Assembly (NCBI GenBank): GCA_965216875.1
Contig: OZ244207.1
Coordinates: forward strand, 2,752,001-2,816,000
DNA: 64,000 nt
Source: Rubripirellula sp.
GTDB lineage: Bacteria; Planctomycetota; Planctomycetia; Pirellulales; Pirellulaceae
Reading direction: 5' to 3'
The position numbers and the translations under genes were made by a program. Below the pieces are notes generated by a model. That model had not been told where the DNA came from and ran no database searches. It saw only the letters and a program-made list of their open reading frames with translations. Positions 37,750 to 47,900 of the stretch are shown here, one piece after another (the stretch's first letter is position 1; each line of letters begins with the position of its first letter).

Positions 37750-39234
37750 CTATTTGCGACGACGTCGTTTCTTCTGGGCGGCCGCTGTCGCAGCCTTCGC
37801 TTCGGCGTCGGCATCATACTTGGGATTCGGCGTTGTTGGCACTGGCGCGCCGGTTGTCCTGCGCCATTGTTTCAGCATCTCATGGAGTTCATTTGCTTTT
37901 TCGGGCATTTGCTTCGCAAGGTTGTTCGCCTCGCCGATGTCGCTCTCGAGGTCGTACAACTCGAGACCGCCATCTTCAAAGTACTCGTGCAACTTCCATT
38001 TCCCGTGGCGAACGATGCTGCACGGTCGACTGCGGAACAGCGGATCTCGCTGTTCATTGATTCGTTGGTAACTCTGCAGGTAAGCGGGAAAATGCCAAAA
38101 CAGTGCGCGGTCCCCAAGCGAATGCGTCTTGCCCTGCAATAACTCGACAAGACTCACGCCATCGACCGGCTGATCAGGAAGCGGCGCCCCGACCATCTCA
38201 CAAAATGTTGGCAACAGATCGACGTTCGATATCGGCTCGCTACACGTCTGCTCGGGCTTCACAACGCCGGGCCAAACAACAAAAAACGGTTCGCGGATAC
38301 CGCCTTCGTAATAAGTTCCTTTGTACCCCTTCAAGGGAGCCATCGAAGTAGCCGGCCCGTAACCGCCATTGTCCGATGTAAAGACGATGGCCGTATTATC
38401 ACGGAGCCCAAGTTGATCGAGCGTTTCGACGAGGCGTCCCACTCCTTCGTCGACGCTTTGGATCATCGCAGCCATCACGGCCGAATCATGCAACTGGCCC
38501 GGTTCTTTTTGTTGGTACTTCTTCTCGATCGTGGCCTTCGCCTGCAGCGGAGTGTGGACAGCGAAGTGTGTTAGGTACAAGAACCACGGTTCCGACTTCG
38601 AACGCTCGATGAAACCAATCGCTTCGTCAGTCAACCGATCGGTCAAGTATTCATCTTTGGGCGCATCCGCCAAACCGGGTGCTTTGGGATGTGGCGGGAA
38701 ATAACCCCGCGGCGGGCTACCACTGTGTGTGCCCGCAAAGTTGAAATCGAAACCGTATGGCAGCGGGTCATCACTGAGGTGCCACTTACCAATCGTTGCC
38801 GTACGATAGCCGGCGTCTTTGACGCAATGAGCAAACGTGCGGATATCGGTCGGCAAAACATCCGTGCCAGGAACGTGCATCAGCTTGCCAAACTTTGGAT
38901 TCCCGCGCCGGCTTGTACCCACGTTGTAGATTTCATGACGCGGCGTGTATTGCCCCGACAGCAAGCAGGCTCGTGAGGGCGCACAATTGGCCGCCGCTGC
39001 ATAAGCATTGGTAAAGACCATTCCCTCGGCTGCGAGGCGATCAAGGTTGGGAGTCTCGTAGTAGTCGCTTCCCATGAAACCACAGTCACGCCAACCATAG
39101 TCGTCGAGAAAGATGAACAGGATATTGGGACGCGACTCTGCATTCGCTTCGTGAACGTCGCTAGAAACAACAAGAGCAACTGTTACGCAGAGGGTCGCGC
39201 AAAGACGAAAGAACTGGGGCACAGAGGACTCCAT
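37750..39234 (-). CDS. Formylglycine-dependent sulfatase
   Basis: 'RPNILFIFLDDYGW', CAPSR (CxPxR), 'GKWHL', 'FTSDNG', 'YEGGIREP'. Confidence 0.95.
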   Translation of the reverse strand: MESSVPQFFRLCATLCVTVALVVSSDVHEANAESRPNILFIFLDDYGWRDCGFMGSDYYETPNLDRLAAEGMVFTNAYAAAANCAPSRACLLSGQYTPRHEIYNVGTSRRGNPKFGKLMHVPGTDVLPTDIRTFAHCVKDAGYRTATIGKWHLSDDPLPYGFDFNFAGTHSGSPPRGYFPPHPKAPGLADAPKDEYLTDRLTDEAIGFIERSKSEPWFLYLTHFAVHTPLQAKATIEKKYQQKEPGQLHDSAVMAAMIQSVDEGVGRLVETLDQLGLRDNTAIVFTSDNGGYGPATSMAPLKGYKGTYYEGGIREPFFVVWPGVVKPEQTCSEPISNVDLLPTFCEMVGAPLPDQPVDGVSLVELLQGKTHSLGDRALFWHFPAYLQSYQRINEQRDPLFRSRPCSIVRHGKWKLHEYFEDGGLELYDLESDIGEANNLAKQMPEKANELHEMLKQWRRTTGAPVPTTPNPKYDADAEAKAATAAAQKKRRRRK

Positions 39235-39570
39235 CGATCAAAGATGAGGATCCGTCGAAGGTGGGATCGCAGGGGTGGTGGCTTTGAGGGTTACAAAAGG
39301 TTACTCAAACCCCAGCTCGTGTGAAACTCTTCACCGCGCCGATCGTCGTATCAGTGATGACGCTGCCTCTCGGGCGCGCGTTCACAAACACCACACCAAG
39401 CGGCCGTTTTTGCAACTTTGGGATGACTGCAGCCTCTCAGAAAAAATGGGGACGTAGCGGATGTTGGTGCGACTTTTCCATTTTGAAGACCGCCGGTCGA
39501 GCTCAAGCGGTAATGCGTCGAAGGAGTTTGCGGGGCAATCCTTTCGCATCATCCCTGAACGAATTTCCTG

Positions 39571-40308
39571 ATGATTCATCACGCACGCAATTGTTTCTTT
39601 CTGACGATGGCCGCCACGCTGATGACCGGCTGTGCCTCAACGACCACTTCCAACACGGCCCGCACCGGCACCGAGCAAATGTTGCTCTCGGCCGCAATCG
39701 ATCGCGCGATGTCGAACGTACAATTCGGTGACTTGGCTGGATATTCAGTCTTTGTCGACGACAAGTATCTCGATTCGGTCGACAAAGGCTATTTGGTCGG
39801 ATCGCTGCGCCACCGGATCTTGCAAGCTGGCGGCCGCCTCGCTCCAGCCGCCGACCAAGCTGACTTGGTCATGGAACCTCGCAGTGGTGGCGTCGGAACG
39901 GACAACCAAGAGAGCTTCGTCGGAATTCCTGCGATCGGTATTCCTGGACTGCCGATCGAACTGCCAGAGGTGAAGCTCATCACGCGGTCGACTCAAATGG
40001 GCACTGCGAAACTGGGACTCGTTTGCTACGACCCCAAAACGGGTCAAGCGGTCGGCGACGGTGGCGGATCCACCGCCCTCACTCACAACAACGACACGTT
40101 CGTTCTTGGTGTCGGTCCCTTCCGAAGCGGCTCTGTTCTCGAACAACGTGAGCGGGCTGTTGGATTTGACGGCAACGGCGGAACCTTGATCGGTTCAACG
40201 ATCGCCAAGAAACGTGCACAACCCGTTCGAATGGTGAACGAGAGCCACCTGCGAGGCTATTCTTCGCCACCGCAAATCGCCGAAGTTCCCGACACGATGA
40301 CGAAGTAG
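39571..40308 (+). CDS. Lipoprotein of unknown function (DUF6655-like)
   Basis: Lipobox MTGC; 'TARTGTEQMLLSAAIDRA'. Confidence 0.7.
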   Translation: MIHHARNCFFLTMAATLMTGCASTTTSNTARTGTEQMLLSAAIDRAMSNVQFGDLAGYSVFVDDKYLDSVDKGYLVGSLRHRILQAGGRLAPAADQADLVMEPRSGGVGTDNQESFVGIPAIGIPGLPIELPEVKLITRSTQMGTAKLGLVCYDPKTGQAVGDGGGSTALTHNNDTFVLGVGPFRSGSVLEQRERAVGFDGNGGTLIGSTIAKKRAQPVRMVNESHLRGYSSPPQIAEVPDTMTK

Positions 40309-40339
40309 TGTTCTTGGTGCGAGGCTGAGAACCATCGAT

Positions 40340-42697
40340 CTAGGGCTTCGTGCCGGCGCTAGGCCAATCGATCTTCCGAAGCTCAAGCTTCTCGGCGTTG
40401 CCCAAGCCTTCGATGAGTTGATACAGAGAACTCGGCTCGACGCCACGAAAGACTTCAACGCCATCGATTCCAGGCCATCGGACGTTGACTGCCTTGATTG
40501 CAGTCGCGTCCGCCAACCCAACGTGCAGCCGAAGTGGGTTGCTTCCAAACGAGCTGCCAGTATCGACAACACGATGCAGCCTTCGTTCCCCGGATGGGCC
40601 ATCCGTTACGATCTCGACGCGCGCTCCGATCGCGCTTCGATTGCTTTTAATGCCAACTAATTTCAACTTCACCCAACCACCCTCAAAACCTGGGTTCTGG
40701 AACATGGCGTTCTGAAAGGCGTCGCCTTTGAACGCACCCCCAAGTTCGGCAAAGACATCCTGGTCGCCGTCATGATCCAGATCAGCAAACGCGATGGCGT
40801 GGCCCTTCTGCAGATGCGAAAATCCGCCGGCGATTGATACGTCGACGAATCGCTCACCCTCTTGGTTCAAGTACATCAGGTTGGGCTCGAGTGACTCGAT
40901 CGCGGGAGTGCCTGTTGCCAGATAGAAGTCGAGCAGACCATCGTTGTTGAGATCGCCAAAGTTGCTGCCCATGGTGTGCGAGATGCGTCCCAATCCTACC
41001 GACTCGCTGACATCCTCGAACCCTCCTTTGCCGTCACCGCGGTAAAGTCGATCATGTTCACTTGACCGCATCGTGTCGCCAAGGAAGTCAGCCGCGACTT
41101 GACCGATCCCTTCGTCGTACGCCGCGACGAACAAATCCAGATTCCCATCGTTGTTATAGTCAAAGAACCAACAAGAGAAACTCTGTCGCGGCGCGTTGAT
41201 TCCCGCAACGTCCCAGCGTTCAAACTTGCCGTTGCCCTCGTTTCGAAACAGTTGGTTTTGGCCCCCCATGTTCGACACGTACAGATCGGGGTCGCCATCG
41301 TTGTCAACATCACCCCAGGCCGCACCCTTTGCCGTGCCTAGCCCAGCCACACCCGCTTGGCGGCCCACCTCCGTAAAGTGATCGCCGTCGTTTCGAAACA
41401 GTTGGTCGTAGGCTTTTTCATTTCCGACGAACAGATCCAAGTCACCATCAAGGTCGTAGTCGGCGACTGCGCCGACTTGGGTCGGAAAGTCATCACCTGC
41501 GATTCCTTTCTCGAAGGCGACTTCAACGAATTTCTTGCCATCATCGTTTCGCAAGAGCGAATTAGGATGTTTGCCAAACTTGCCGAGCCAAGCGCCGCGT
41601 AAGATCACCACATCGGGATCACCATCGTTGTCGAAATCGATTTGTCGTGTGTTGAGTCCGCCGACGATTCCGATCAGCCCTGCTTCTTCAGTGACATCCA
41701 CAAACCCGGCGTTGCCATCGTTTCGGTAGTAGCGACATTGGCCATCCGAAGTCCAAGACGAAACAAACAAATCCAAGTCGTTGTCTGCGTCAAAGTCTTC
41801 GACGACGACGCCGCCAGCATGCGACAAGGTATCGATCTTCAAATCGGTGCTGATGTTCGGAAAACGCGGAAAATCAATCGCCGAACGCAGACGTTGCTCA
41901 GGTAGACGGTATTCCTCGGGCACACCATCCGGATGCGAGCCAAGGGTCATGTGCGCCAAATTCAACAACCAAATCGCTGAATAGTTTTGGGGGTCCTGCT
42001 CCAGAACCGAGGCGAGGTAGGGCAGGGCAGCGGTCGAACCTTCGGGGTGCTTGTGAATGCCTCCTGGGCCAATCGGGAAAAGACAACCTTCACCGCCGAG
42101 ACAGTGGATGCAATTCTCGTTCTCGCCCTTACGGATGCATGCGATCGCTCGGGAAAGATCAATCATCAACTCCATCTTTGGGTTAACGGCATCCGGCTGT
42201 CGCTTCTTGATGTCGTCTAGCAACGACTCGAGTTCATTCAAGGTTGCCAGCCCACGGTCGGGATCTCCTTGTTGAGTGAACTGAATGCCCAGGTCATAGA
42301 GCGCAGACATGGTTGCGTAGGGATTGCCCGCCACCTTGGCTCTGTCGTAACGCTCCTGGGCCTTGATCAACGCTCCATCAAGATAGGGATTGTTTTCTTT
42401 CTCTTCCTGAATCTGCTTGAGCCTGCGAATCATCCGCTCCTGATCCGGCAACGCAGCTAGCTCGTCGCTCCCCGCTTCGTCACCTTGCGTTTCAGCTCCA
42501 AGATTCTCGTTCGGGCGCGCCGGGCGCTGGGGCGTTTTCTTGCGATTGGCGTCCGTGATGACTTGCGCTTTGTTGCCAAGCTTGCCAATGGGTGACGTGT
42601 TTTCACGACATCCTGAGCACGTTAAAGCCAGAAAAAGGAAGAGGCCAGCGTACGGTCGCATCGAAACAGATAGTTGCATTGAAGCAGTGCGAGTCAA
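40340..42697 (-). CDS. CRTAC1-family lipoprotein (TPR-like region, FG-GAP/VCBS repeats, ASPIC/UnbV C-terminus)
   Basis: Lipobox CSGC; repeated D.D.DGD.D motifs; 'NRSAIGARV', 'LHVGL', 'VRWPG'; start uncertain. Confidence 0.88.
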   Translation of the reverse strand: MTRTASMQLSVSMRPYAGLFLFLALTCSGCRENTSPIGKLGNKAQVITDANRKKTPQRPARPNENLGAETQGDEAGSDELAALPDQERMIRRLKQIQEEKENNPYLDGALIKAQERYDRAKVAGNPYATMSALYDLGIQFTQQGDPDRGLATLNELESLLDDIKKRQPDAVNPKMELMIDLSRAIACIRKGENENCIHCLGGEGCLFPIGPGGIHKHPEGSTAALPYLASVLEQDPQNYSAIWLLNLAHMTLGSHPDGVPEEYRLPEQRLRSAIDFPRFPNISTDLKIDTLSHAGGVVVEDFDADNDLDLFVSSWTSDGQCRYYRNDGNAGFVDVTEEAGLIGIVGGLNTRQIDFDNDGDPDVVILRGAWLGKFGKHPNSLLRNDDGKKFVEVAFEKGIAGDDFPTQVGAVADYDLDGDLDLFVGNEKAYDQLFRNDGDHFTEVGRQAGVAGLGTAKGAAWGDVDNDGDPDLYVSNMGGQNQLFRNEGNGKFERWDVAGINAPRQSFSCWFFDYNNDGNLDLFVAAYDEGIGQVAADFLGDTMRSSEHDRLYRGDGKGGFEDVSESVGLGRISHTMGSNFGDLNNDGLLDFYLATGTPAIESLEPNLMYLNQEGERFVDVSIAGGFSHLQKGHAIAFADLDHDGDQDVFAELGGAFKGDAFQNAMFQNPGFEGGWVKLKLVGIKSNRSAIGARVEIVTDGPSGERRLHRVVDTGSSFGSNPLRLHVGLADATAIKAVNVRWPGIDGVEVFRGVEPSSLYQLIEGLGNAEKLELRKIDWPSAGTKP

Positions 42698-42767
42698 AGT
42701 GGAGTTGGGCGTAGGACCGGATCAGGAAGAATTATAGCGACGACACTCGAAGAGGCCCGCAAACATC

Positions 42768-44951
42768 TCATGGAGACACGAACTTTGCACCCCTGATCAT
42801 CGCATCGAAGTCCCAGATCAACCCAGTCATGTCTTGACTTACCGTGATGATTCGCGCGCCGTCTCCCGACACGTTCACGGAATTGACTTCACTAAGGTGA
42901 GCATCAATTACCGCGAGTTCGCCCGTTGCAATTCGATATAGGCAAAGATGCCCTGAACGTTCGCCGGTCAACAGGTACGCACCGTCGGCCGAGAATGCCG
43001 CCCCTCCCACCTTGCGGACCCCCAGTGACTCGGTGAGGCTTGTCGCGTACTTGCGAACAGGTTCGAGTGTTTCGACGTCCCAAAGGATCACCGAGTCTTC
43101 AAACTTTGCGGAGGCAATGTTTCGGTTGTTGTCGACCCAACCGTTGGCGGTCGAGTATCCGGCGGTAAGCAGTAGTGAACCGTCAGGAGAAAACCGCAGC
43201 ACGTCAGCGCTTCCTTTCTCAGGAATTATCAGCCCTGTCTGAATCTGTTGATCGACATCCCAAAGTTCAACCACCGTGCTCGCTGCCATCCGACTTCGGG
43301 TAGAAACCGCAAGCGTCTTACCATCAGGCGCAAGGCAGGCCGCCTGGACTTCGCGTTTGTGTTCATCCCGTTTCGCCTCCTTTGCGTCTGCAGCCAAAGG
43401 CAACAAAGCGACTGGAGAAACGTCCAAGATCTTACCTCGCCCAGCTGGCTCCCAAATCGACACACGATTCGCTCCCGAAGGCGAAGCCAGGCGTTGTCCG
43501 CTTGCCGAATACGTTATCGAATCGCTAACGGACCCCAGTCCCGAAACATGGTTTTCGCTCCAAAGTGATCTCCCAGTCGTCGCGTCGTAACGCACAACCT
43601 GCTTTTCAGATGAAACCGCCAATGTGTGGCCATCGTTTGAGAATCGACAAGAAGTTAGCCATCGACTGGTTGCGTCAATCGTGCGTAGCGGTCGCCCATC
43701 TGTGGCATCCCAAAGATGAACCTTTTTCTCCGTGCCGCAGGTGGCTGCGATTTTGCCATCCGAATTCAAGGCGCCACCGAACACCCACCCCGAATGGGAT
43801 ACCGCATCGGCGGCAACTCGCGTGCCCGCCGCAACGTCCCAAAGATAGATAACGCCTCCCTGACCTGCCGAAGCGAGTTTCTTTGAGTCGGGCGCGAACG
43901 CAAGTCTCTCAACCCAAGAACCGTGCCCAACTAGCTGGTGCTTGACGCGTTCTGCATCGAGATCAACGAGGTAGACCGTTTTGGCTCGGCCCGAGGCGGC
44001 AACGTACCGATTGTCGGGCGAGATCGCCAAACAAGTCTCGGGTTCGCGTTTGCGTTTCTGCGGAAGGCGCAGATGCACTACCTGCTTTCCATCAGGTAGA
44101 GAATAGACATGCAACTCGTTTGAGCTGGTAACGACCCCAACGCGATCACAGCCGTCACTGAATGCCAGCGCCTTTGTATTGGCCTGGGCCGGAAGAGCAA
44201 CTTCGATGGTCTTCACATCTGCGTCACGGGTCGAGTCGCAAATCGAGATAAAGCACTTGGAATCTTTGCCAAACTTCTTTCCGACCGCGACAATCCACCT
44301 TCCGTCCGCACTGAACTTCAATCGTTCGACAGCGCGCGGTAATCGAAAACTCCTATCTACGTCTGGCAAGTCAGCAGCGGGAGTGCCGGGTTGCAATCGA
44401 CGTAGAAGCAGTTGCGGGTCTTTTTTGTGGACGTACAGCACCGACGCAACCAAGCGTCCATCAGGCGACAGGGTTAAATTGGCATGTCGTGGTTGCGGCG
44501 GCCCAGCCTCAATCGTCGCAACTGGAAATGTCACCATTGCAAAATCGTGATCTTTATCCGGCTCCACGGGAGGATCCGACTCAAGGTAGTGCCATCGGTG
44601 AAGCGGGGCATGAAATGACTTAGCGACCAGCCATTGGTCGGAGCCACTATCAATAATCGTAAGACCGTCGAGTGTTACGATGCGCAATCGTTTTCCGCTT
44701 TCCGCATCCCAAACGTAAAGTTTGCCTTCCGCTTGCGATGCGATCTTCCTTCCGTCATCGGAAAACTTGAGTTGCGTGACGCCGCCAGCGTGGCGAAGCC
44801 GATTCGTCCCCAAACGTGCGATCGCAAACTGTGGCAATGGGTCACCAAGGCGATCGATCTTCTCATTTGGCTCGGCGCATCGTGCTTCGCATGCGATGGC
44901 AACGAGAATCATGCAACAAGCGAGTGATGTCGAACCTAATTGCTTGATCAC
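42768..44951 (-). CDS. Exported WD40-repeat protein
   Basis: Planctomycete-type 'DRLGDPLP..AIARLGT.RLRH'; many 'FSPDG', 'LWD', 'GH..WV..LAF' repeats; GTG 44951 with AGGA SD preferred over 45071. Confidence 0.88.
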   Translation of the reverse strand: MIKQLGSTSLACCMILVAIACEARCAEPNEKIDRLGDPLPQFAIARLGTNRLRHAGGVTQLKFSDDGRKIASQAEGKLYVWDAESGKRLRIVTLDGLTIIDSGSDQWLVAKSFHAPLHRWHYLESDPPVEPDKDHDFAMVTFPVATIEAGPPQPRHANLTLSPDGRLVASVLYVHKKDPQLLLRRLQPGTPAADLPDVDRSFRLPRAVERLKFSADGRWIVAVGKKFGKDSKCFISICDSTRDADVKTIEVALPAQANTKALAFSDGCDRVGVVTSSNELHVYSLPDGKQVVHLRLPQKRKREPETCLAISPDNRYVAASGRAKTVYLVDLDAERVKHQLVGHGSWVERLAFAPDSKKLASAGQGGVIYLWDVAAGTRVAADAVSHSGWVFGGALNSDGKIAATCGTEKKVHLWDATDGRPLRTIDATSRWLTSCRFSNDGHTLAVSSEKQVVRYDATTGRSLWSENHVSGLGSVSDSITYSASGQRLASPSGANRVSIWEPAGRGKILDVSPVALLPLAADAKEAKRDEHKREVQAACLAPDGKTLAVSTRSRMAASTVVELWDVDQQIQTGLIIPEKGSADVLRFSPDGSLLLTAGYSTANGWVDNNRNIASAKFEDSVILWDVETLEPVRKYATSLTESLGVRKVGGAAFSADGAYLLTGERSGHLCLYRIATGELAVIDAHLSEVNSVNVSGDGARIITVSQDMTGLIWDFDAMIRGAKFVSP

Positions 44952-45008
44952 TGAATCGTCCTGGCAAACATGAGATTGGGTAGCCAACGGATAGTCTACC
45001 CGATCCCC

Positions 45009-45059
45009 CGTCGATAACGCGGATTCGTCGGTAACGAGGATTCGTCGATAACGAGGATT
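45009..45059. repeat. 17-bp tandem direct repeat x3 (CGTCGATAACGAGGATT)
   Basis: cgtcgataacgcggatt / cgtcggtaacgaggatt / cgtcgataacgaggatt. Confidence 0.9.
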
Positions 45060-45301
45060 CGTGGGCAACATTGTTTGCGGGCCGAGATTGGTCCGCCAGT
45101 GCGCCCATCCCGTTCACTCGCGACGATCGATACAAAGCGAACCGACAACCCTACCGTTGTCGGTGTTGTGTGGGGAATCTCCCCATGCGCGGGCCCAAAG
45201 TAGGTGCTAGGTTTGAGCATCCTGGTGCACCGCACATGCGTCAGCGAACCATCCATTGATTCCACATCATTGACGTCATTCCAATACGGGGGCAGCCGGG
45301 A

Positions 45302-46267
45302 ATGAGCGCTCCGGCGATTAGCGACTTTATCCCAGTGAGTGTTTCGACGCTTCAAGCGTCCGAAGCGCCGGGGATGAATCTGTACCAAAAGGAAGCCGAA
45401 GGAGAAGGCTTCGTTCTCTACTGCGCCGACGACCACCCTCTTGAAGAAGAAGATCTGCTGCGGCTGCACAAGCGGGGAGTCCACCGACTCTTTATCGAAA
45501 GTAATTCGCGCGATTCCTTTCAAAACTACCTTCGCGACATGATCGACCCTGAAAGCGAAGTGGAAGCCGACATCAGTGCCAAGGCCGGTGCGCTCAACGA
45601 TGTTGTCCGCGATGTGTTGGAAACGCAATTCCGTTCAGGTGATGCCGACAGCACGGTCAACGAAGCGTCGCGTTTGGGCGCCGTCACGGCCAACATCGTT
45701 TGCAATGACGAGTTTGCTGCTTCGGACCTTTGTCGTGTGCTGCATCACGACTATGCAACCTTCACCCACTCGGCCAACGTCGCCTTCTACGCGGGCATGC
45801 TGGGCGCCGAGCTTGGATACGACAAGCACGACGTCGAGCTCATGACAACCGCCGGGCTGTTGCACGATCTTGGCAAGCTGGAGATTGAAGAGAAGATCCT
45901 CTGCAAGCCTGGACGCTTGACCGACGAAGAGTTTGATGTGATCCGCATGCATCCGACCGTCGGCTTCCAAAAACTCAACTATCGCGACGACCTGACCGAA
46001 GGCCAGCTGATGATGGTGTACCAGCACCACGAGCGGCTCGACGGAAAAGGATACCCGGTTGGCGTTGTCGAATCCGAAATCCACCCCTGGGCAAAGATCT
46101 GCTCGGTGGTTGACGTCTACGAAGCTCTCACGAGCTATCGTCCTTACCGTTCACCGATGCCTCGTTCCAAGGTCTTTGAGATCATGGAACGGGACAGTGG
46201 GACTGCTTTTGATCCGGAGGTTCTGGAATGTTGGATACGGATTACCAACGCCGTCTGGGAACGCTGA
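45302..46267 (+). CDS. HD-GYP c-di-GMP phosphodiesterase
   Basis: 'THSANV', 'LLHDLGK', 'HP', 'HHERLDGKGYP', 'VDVYEAL', 'RPYR', 'FDP' all intact. Confidence 0.92.
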   Translation: MSAPAISDFIPVSVSTLQASEAPGMNLYQKEAEGEGFVLYCADDHPLEEEDLLRLHKRGVHRLFIESNSRDSFQNYLRDMIDPESEVEADISAKAGALNDVVRDVLETQFRSGDADSTVNEASRLGAVTANIVCNDEFAASDLCRVLHHDYATFTHSANVAFYAGMLGAELGYDKHDVELMTTAGLLHDLGKLEIEEKILCKPGRLTDEEFDVIRMHPTVGFQKLNYRDDLTEGQLMMVYQHHERLDGKGYPVGVVESEIHPWAKICSVVDVYEALTSYRPYRSPMPRSKVFEIMERDSGTAFDPEVLECWIRITNAVWER

Positions 46268-46710
46268 TCAGCAGCATTCACCATCGCATCGTGTTGCCTG
46301 AGTCCCTGGGCGGGTTCTTCGAAGAATCTGGACCGGTGGCAAGTTATGGCAGCGATCGGCGCAGTGCCGTTCGCACCAAAGTTCGCACACGCGGCTTGCT
46401 AATGCCGATTCGTGCGATACCCATCAATCCGCGCGTCGGCGAACCGACCGGGATCTACACGAAAGACTTTTCCAAGACTGGATTTGGCTTCGTCGCAGAT
46501 TCTCAGTTCTATCCAGGCGAACACGTGCGGATCATTTTGGCCACCTTCTGGATGCAGATCTGTGTTCGACGTTGTCGTCGACACGGCGAATCTTGCTTTG
46601 AAGTCGGTGGCACGCTCGTCCATCAACGTGAGCCTTCGATGGACGCATTTGAACTTCCTAGCGATGCAGTGAACGTCGTTCCGGCCGAAGCTGCAATCCC
46701 CACTCCTTAG
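46228..46710 (+). CDS. PilZ-domain c-di-GMP receptor
   Basis: RRSAVR (RxxxR) and DFSKTG (DxSxxG); between HD-GYP and GGDEF genes; start uncertain. Confidence 0.8.
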   Translation: MLDTDYQRRLGTLISSIHHRIVLPESLGGFFEESGPVASYGSDRRSAVRTKVRTRGLLMPIRAIPINPRVGEPTGIYTKDFSKTGFGFVADSQFYPGEHVRIILATFWMQICVRRCRRHGESCFEVGGTLVHQREPSMDAFELPSDAVNVVPAEAAIPTP

Positions 46711-46736
46711 AAGAAACCTTTCACCCCGCACAACCG

Positions 46737-47807
46737 ATGACCACCCTTACGCAACCACACAATCCCTGCGCACCCGAACTCTATTCCGAGCGTGAATACG
46801 CAGCCGCGTTCGAGATCGCAAAAACGGCGCTCACCTACGTCGCCAGCTTCAAGACGCCTCCGACACCGGAAGTCTATGAAATCTGGTATCGATTCGCCGA
46901 AGGCGAAAACGACGCGCTGTCAGAGAAACTTGGCTTCGTCGTCAACGAACTCAAATCGATCTCTCGAGAACGCATCGAAGAAATCCATCGTGAGTTCTTC
47001 GCAAGCAACGAGTCGAAACAAGACTCCGCGATCACCGAAAAGCTTGCTGACGAACTCACCGGACTCGAGTCAATGCTTCGCCAACAAATCGCGATCGGTG
47101 ATGACTTTGGCAGTGCCGTCACAAGTGCCAACGAGACGTTGCATGAGGACGCGGCGCCCGAACAAGTACGAGACTGTGTGGAAGCCGTATTGGCTACCAG
47201 CGAAACGATGCAAAGCCAACTCTTTTCGCTGCGTTCAAAGCTCGAGACTTCTCAAGACAGCGTCGAAAAGCTGCGTGCCGACTTTCTCGAATCGCAAGTC
47301 AAGCTCCAAATTGACCCGCTCACTTGCGTCGGCAATCGACGGTTCTTCGACGCGACGATGAAGCAATCGCTCGAAGAGCAATCGGATCGAGACATGTATC
47401 GCGTATTGATGTTGGTCGACCTCGACAAGTTCAAAGAGATCAATGATACGTTCGGGCACTCTGCCGGTGACGAAGTCCTGCGCTACGTCGCTTCCGAGCT
47501 TGCTCGCTTGTGTACAGGCGCATCGGTGGCACGGTATGGCGGTGACGAATTCGCCGTCTTTTGCGATGTGGTTGATCCCGGCGAAGGACTAGATCTTGGC
47601 AACAAACTCTGTGAACACTTTTCCAAGAGTCGCTTGACGCTCAAGAAGACCGGACAAGCCCTTGGCAATCTCACGCTCTCGATAGGCGTTTCGACTCTTC
47701 GCGACGACGATTCGGGCGACGACTGGTTCGACCGCGCCGACAAATTGCTCTATCAAGCGAAGCAATCAGGCCGCTCGCGAGTCATGGCGGAACGGCGAAC
47801 GCTGTAA
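46737..47807 (+). CDS. Diguanylate cyclase (cytoplasmic, coiled coil plus GGDEF)
   Basis: 'DPLT.VGNRR', 'DLDKFK.INDTFGH..GD.VL', 'RYGGDEF', 'LYQAK..GR'; N-terminal 'PPTPE.YEIWY'. Confidence 0.93.
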   Translation: MTTLTQPHNPCAPELYSEREYAAAFEIAKTALTYVASFKTPPTPEVYEIWYRFAEGENDALSEKLGFVVNELKSISRERIEEIHREFFASNESKQDSAITEKLADELTGLESMLRQQIAIGDDFGSAVTSANETLHEDAAPEQVRDCVEAVLATSETMQSQLFSLRSKLETSQDSVEKLRADFLESQVKLQIDPLTCVGNRRFFDATMKQSLEEQSDRDMYRVLMLVDLDKFKEINDTFGHSAGDEVLRYVASELARLCTGASVARYGGDEFAVFCDVVDPGEGLDLGNKLCEHFSKSRLTLKKTGQALGNLTLSIGVSTLRDDDSGDDWFDRADKLLYQAKQSGRSRVMAERRTL

Positions 47808-47900
47808 CCACACCAGTTTTCGCTTTGATTCGCCAACGCAAGGCTGCTAACATACACCCCGCTGCTAACCGGCAGAGCCACGGCCATTCAGGGGTGCGCC

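Noticed and set aside
45009..45059. CRISPR array or plasmid iterons
   Set aside because: Units are contiguous with no spacers, and there is no cas or rep gene
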